Positions 60,797 to 64,000 of a stretch of 64,000 nt of DNA are shown in pieces. Position 1 is the first letter of the stretch. Each line of letters begins with the position of its first letter. A program made the position numbers and the translations under genes. A model generated the notes under the pieces. That model was given only the letters and a program-made list of their open reading frames with translations, had not been told where the DNA came from and did no database searches. The DNA is from Candidatus Nomurabacteria bacterium (lineage in GTDB: Bacteria > Patescibacteriota > Minisyncoccia > Phycocordibacterales > UBA9973), in the NCBI GenBank assembly GCA_003155695.1, contig PMDZ01000008.1, forward strand, positions 39,362 through 103,361. Reading direction: 5' to 3'.

Positions 60797-62023
60797 TTAA
60801 CGATCATTACATTCTCCAAGTTTACGATCGTGTGAATGATCATTATTATCATTACCTCCGCACCATGAGAAAGTATTTTTGTGATCTTTTTTCTCACATC
60901 TAACATGACCACCATGTTCTACTTCCGCTCTCGGAATTTCAACTGTCGCAGTTTTTGTTTCTCCATTAATTGTTAGAGAAAAAACTATTTCGACATTACC
61001 TGAAGACGTAGTAGATGTAAGTCCGATATTCCATTCAACTATAGGAGTCTCTCCTGCAGGTCCTCGTGGGCCTGTATCACCAGTTGCTCCTGTAGCGCCG
61101 GTTAATCCATTGAGGATATCATAGCCAGAATATAAAGGTTGGTCCCCGGACGAATATCCAGGAATTCCGTCTATATCAAGATACTTATCGAAATGGTTAC
61201 CCACTACAGTCGTGCCATCCATAATCGGAGTCACTTTGGTAACCTCAGTGTAACCGCGGTCACCACGAGTCCCATTCTTTACTGGAAGAGTAAACAGAAG
61301 TGAGTCACCCATATTGACAGTTCTAGAACCGTCTAGATCCGCGAATCCTTTTAAGAGATTCATGGTTGTATCTCCCTTCATATCAGTAAATGGAGTTACC
61401 GAGTACACTGTTTGATAAGGAATATCAGCTGAAGCTGTTTTTGTTCCTTCGATCGTGGTGACCGAATAAACAATTTTGTTTCCTATTTTTTCGATATTCA
61501 CCTGGAACAAGGGAGTATCTCCCTTGTCACCTTTTTCCGGCTTAGGAATTATAAGGGTGTACTTTAAAGAATCATCTGGTGTTAACATCCCAAACCCTGG
61601 ACCTTTTGTATCCCAGAAGAAATCCAGAAATTGGCTTCCATCAGGTTGTGGTCTGCTGCCTAACACAAATTCATGGGCATCATGGCCGTTGGTTCCATTA
61701 GTGCCATTTGTAACAGGGTAAGCAGTCGTATCCGTGCCGACAATTTTCAGAATATTGTATCCTCCCGTTGGATTGTTAGCAATTGTTAATCCAGATTGGG
61801 TTTCAACTTTATACACCTTGTCACCCGCAGAGAATACTAAATTTGTATCTTTATCCTGAAACCACACCTTAGTATTCGCCTGAAGATCAACATAAAAGAG
61901 TAGAGCGTCACCTTTGTCACCTTTGGGACCCTTTTCACCAACAGTGGCAAAATCATCAATTTTCTTGCAATCTACAGCAAAAATAATGATGATGCTTAAT
62001 AAAAAATAAAATAATTTCTTCAT
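60797..62023 (-). CDS. Putative lipoprotein with interspersed collagen-like G-X-Y segments
   Basis: MKKLFYFLLSIIIIFAVD-C; GEKGPKGDKGD, NGTNGTNG, GATGATGDTGPRGPAG. Confidence 0.7.
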   Translation of the reverse strand: MKKLFYFLLSIIIIFAVDCKKIDDFATVGEKGPKGDKGDALLFYVDLQANTKVWFQDKDTNLVFSAGDKVYKVETQSGLTIANNPTGGYNILKIVGTDTTAYPVTNGTNGTNGHDAHEFVLGSRPQPDGSQFLDFFWDTKGPGFGMLTPDDSLKYTLIIPKPEKGDKGDTPLFQVNIEKIGNKIVYSVTTIEGTKTASADIPYQTVYSVTPFTDMKGDTTMNLLKGFADLDGSRTVNMGDSLLFTLPVKNGTRGDRGYTEVTKVTPIMDGTTVVGNHFDKYLDIDGIPGYSSGDQPLYSGYDILNGLTGATGATGDTGPRGPAGETPIVEWNIGLTSTTSSGNVEIVFSLTINGETKTATVEIPRAEVEHGGHVRCEKKDHKNTFSWCGGNDNNDHSHDRKLGECNDR

Positions 62024-62065
62024 AACTTTAAATTTTAATTTTTTCTGATTTTTACTTTAATTTTT

Positions 62066-63043
62066 TTACTTTTTACCCCAGTTAAGGTTTATTGTATAGG
62101 TTACCTGCTCCGATGAGTAGGCATTTCCCATATCTTTTCTTGAGCTAATTCCGAAGGCTTCACCGCCTCCATACAAACACCATGCCCCTACTTCACCCCA
62201 AGCTTTTAACTTGGCGTTCTTGAGGTCCGCTTTATTACCGGCATACCGCTGATTGTTTAGATCGTATGGCGCGACACCGTTCGTGGTGACAGCCAAGTCA
62301 GCTTTTGAATGCCTCAGTGCTGTTTCTAAAATCATTCCCGCCAATCTCATTCCAGTGCCAACTATATTCTTTACCTTTGAACTCCTAAGGAGGTCATTGT
62401 CCACTTTGTAGGTAGACACAGTAAAAAAATATGGCGCTGGATCTTTCTGAATGCAGGACTTTATAATCTCCGGATCATTTCCAATCGGAAATGATCTATA
62501 TCCCTGAAAATTTTTAAGAACATTCGAAACGTCCTTGATTTTTTCAGTGATAGTTAATTCGTACGGATCAGTCAGACAGTAACTTTCAAATTTTTCGCAT
62601 GGTTTTTGTTTCTTAAAAAATAATTCCGATAAACCATCAACATTTTTAGAAACTATTTTGGCTTTTACCAACTGTCCATCTGTCGATTCTGTAGTATCAA
62701 GAATTGCTTTACGATTGTTCAATTCATAAATTTTGTTTTTTAAATTTGTATTCACGTTCATCAGAGAATCACATCTCTTTGCCAATAAATTATTTTTATT
62801 GACTTGTAAATTCAGCTTATTTGCTAACGAGTCATATTTGTTTTTTGCTCGTATGCTGTCGTTAGTTGAAATCATTTCTTTTAATTCCCATGCATTTATT
62901 TCTGCTTCTTGCTTTTTGCCTGAGCATAATTGCATTAGAAGTAGAATCACGATTGCCACTAAAGACAATGCGTGAACGGTCCAGTGGCCGATTTTTCCTT
63001 TTTTAGAAACCTCACTGGGTTTCATTTTGTTTTCGTTTTCCAT
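62066..63043 (-). CDS. Orphan membrane-anchored coiled-coil protein
   Basis: N-terminal TM and coiled coil; upstream TTGACA...TGCTAGACT promoter. Confidence 0.65.
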   Translation of the reverse strand: MENENKMKPSEVSKKGKIGHWTVHALSLVAIVILLLMQLCSGKKQEAEINAWELKEMISTNDSIRAKNKYDSLANKLNLQVNKNNLLAKRCDSLMNVNTNLKNKIYELNNRKAILDTTESTDGQLVKAKIVSKNVDGLSELFFKKQKPCEKFESYCLTDPYELTITEKIKDVSNVLKNFQGYRSFPIGNDPEIIKSCIQKDPAPYFFTVSTYKVDNDLLRSSKVKNIVGTGMRLAGMILETALRHSKADLAVTTNGVAPYDLNNQRYAGNKADLKNAKLKAWGEVGAWCLYGGGEAFGISSRKDMGNAYSSEQVTYTINLNWGKK

Positions 63044-63365
63044 ACCTATTTAATTATCAAGGTTAATACTCTAATTAAAAATATTTTAAATATAATTTTG
63101 CTTATATATAGAAATGAACAGGGGATAATCCTTTAGAGATTTCTCCTAATCCATTGAAATTTTATTAATCAAGTTTGGAATGAGTCTAGCACATTTGAAT
63201 AGTAATGTCAAGGGTTTTATTGACAATATATATAAATATGATGGTTATCCAATTAGCCCTGAAATATGATTAAAATTTAAGCTATAAATGACAAATTGAC
63301 ATTTTATGAGAAAAATATTAATATTCGGATAAAATATAATTCTAAATAAACTAAACTATACGGTT

Positions 63366-63581
63366 ATGGGAACAAAAAGACCTAAAGGCGGAACAAAATT
63401 TGGCGTTAGACCTTGTACAAAAGTCAAAATCAAAGAGAAGAAACAAAAAAGGGGTGGAAAAAGGAATGAGCGTGCTAATGGTGATTACAAGGCTAACGGT
63501 ACTGTAATAATTAACCCTAAGGAAATAATAAGGGTTAAAGACTCAAATCCTTTTAAAAAAGTCCCGAAAAAATTTAGTTGA
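63366..63581 (+). CDS. Small basic orphan protein
   Basis: 71-aa Lys/Arg-rich ORF followed by a palindrome. Confidence 0.45.
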   Translation: MGTKRPKGGTKFGVRPCTKVKIKEKKQKRGGKRNERANGDYKANGTVIINPKEIIRVKDSNPFKKVPKKFS

Positions 63582-63600
63582 CTTATAATAAGGGAAAGGG

Positions 63601-63751
63601 GGCTGATTGCATGCAATCAGCCTATTATTTTTTGTACAGTCATAACAAAAGAAGAAACGAAATCTAACGTCACAAAACGAGATTGTGCGACATTTTTTAA
63701 ATGTACGCACAATCTCGTTATCTTTTCCGACATGTTAATGTCGGAAAAGAT
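63601..63751. repeat. Cluster of three palindromes
   Basis: ggctgattgcatgcaatcagcc; aacgagattgtgcg...cgcacaatctcgtt; atcttttccgacat-gtta-atgtcggaaaagat. Confidence 0.75.
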
Positions 63752-64000
63752 ATATTGTGCGACACTATACTATATTCCAAATAAAGCATTAAATACGCCC
63801 AAAGTCCTACCCTATTGACAAAGACAGGCAAAAATTATTGTTGATGATTCTTAAGACAGAGATTAAATGCGTGAACTTGATTATTATAATTATCTATTTG
63901 TTTTTTTACGTCCGTAATTAAATTATTATAAGGAATTATTAAATTGTTATATTCCGTCACTTGCTCGGAATAAGTACTCCCCTCGTATACAACCCCTTTA

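Overview
This is a 64 kb chromosomal window from a small-genome, AT-rich bacterium. The gene set, near-absence of Shine-Dalgarno sites and many leaderless genes suggest Patescibacteria/CPR (Parcubacteria-like); the taxonomy is an inference. Housekeeping genes are gatB, glycolysis and non-oxidative pentose phosphate genes (gap, rpiB, rpe, split tkt, a PfkB kinase, fba, eno, a minimal pyk), dapF, rplY, rpmE, prfA, tRNA-Ile(GAU), a complete F1Fo ATP synthase operon, a Pif1 helicase and rarA. The surface and accessory region holds a type IV pilus locus with a giant nested PilX-like adhesin, four secreted proteins sharing a 'GxVLGA' linker and peptidoglycan-binding tail (one frameshifted), a DUF3494 ice-binding-type protein, a two-component system and a candidate exopolysaccharide locus. 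The most striking unexplained signal is non-coding. Family A (4 copies) and family B (2 copies) are dispersed hairpins with a near-invariant head and long arms whose sequence differs per locus while staying complementary. Short palindromes also sit in-frame inside conserved proteins. No CRISPR array, integrase, transposase or reverse transcriptase was seen.
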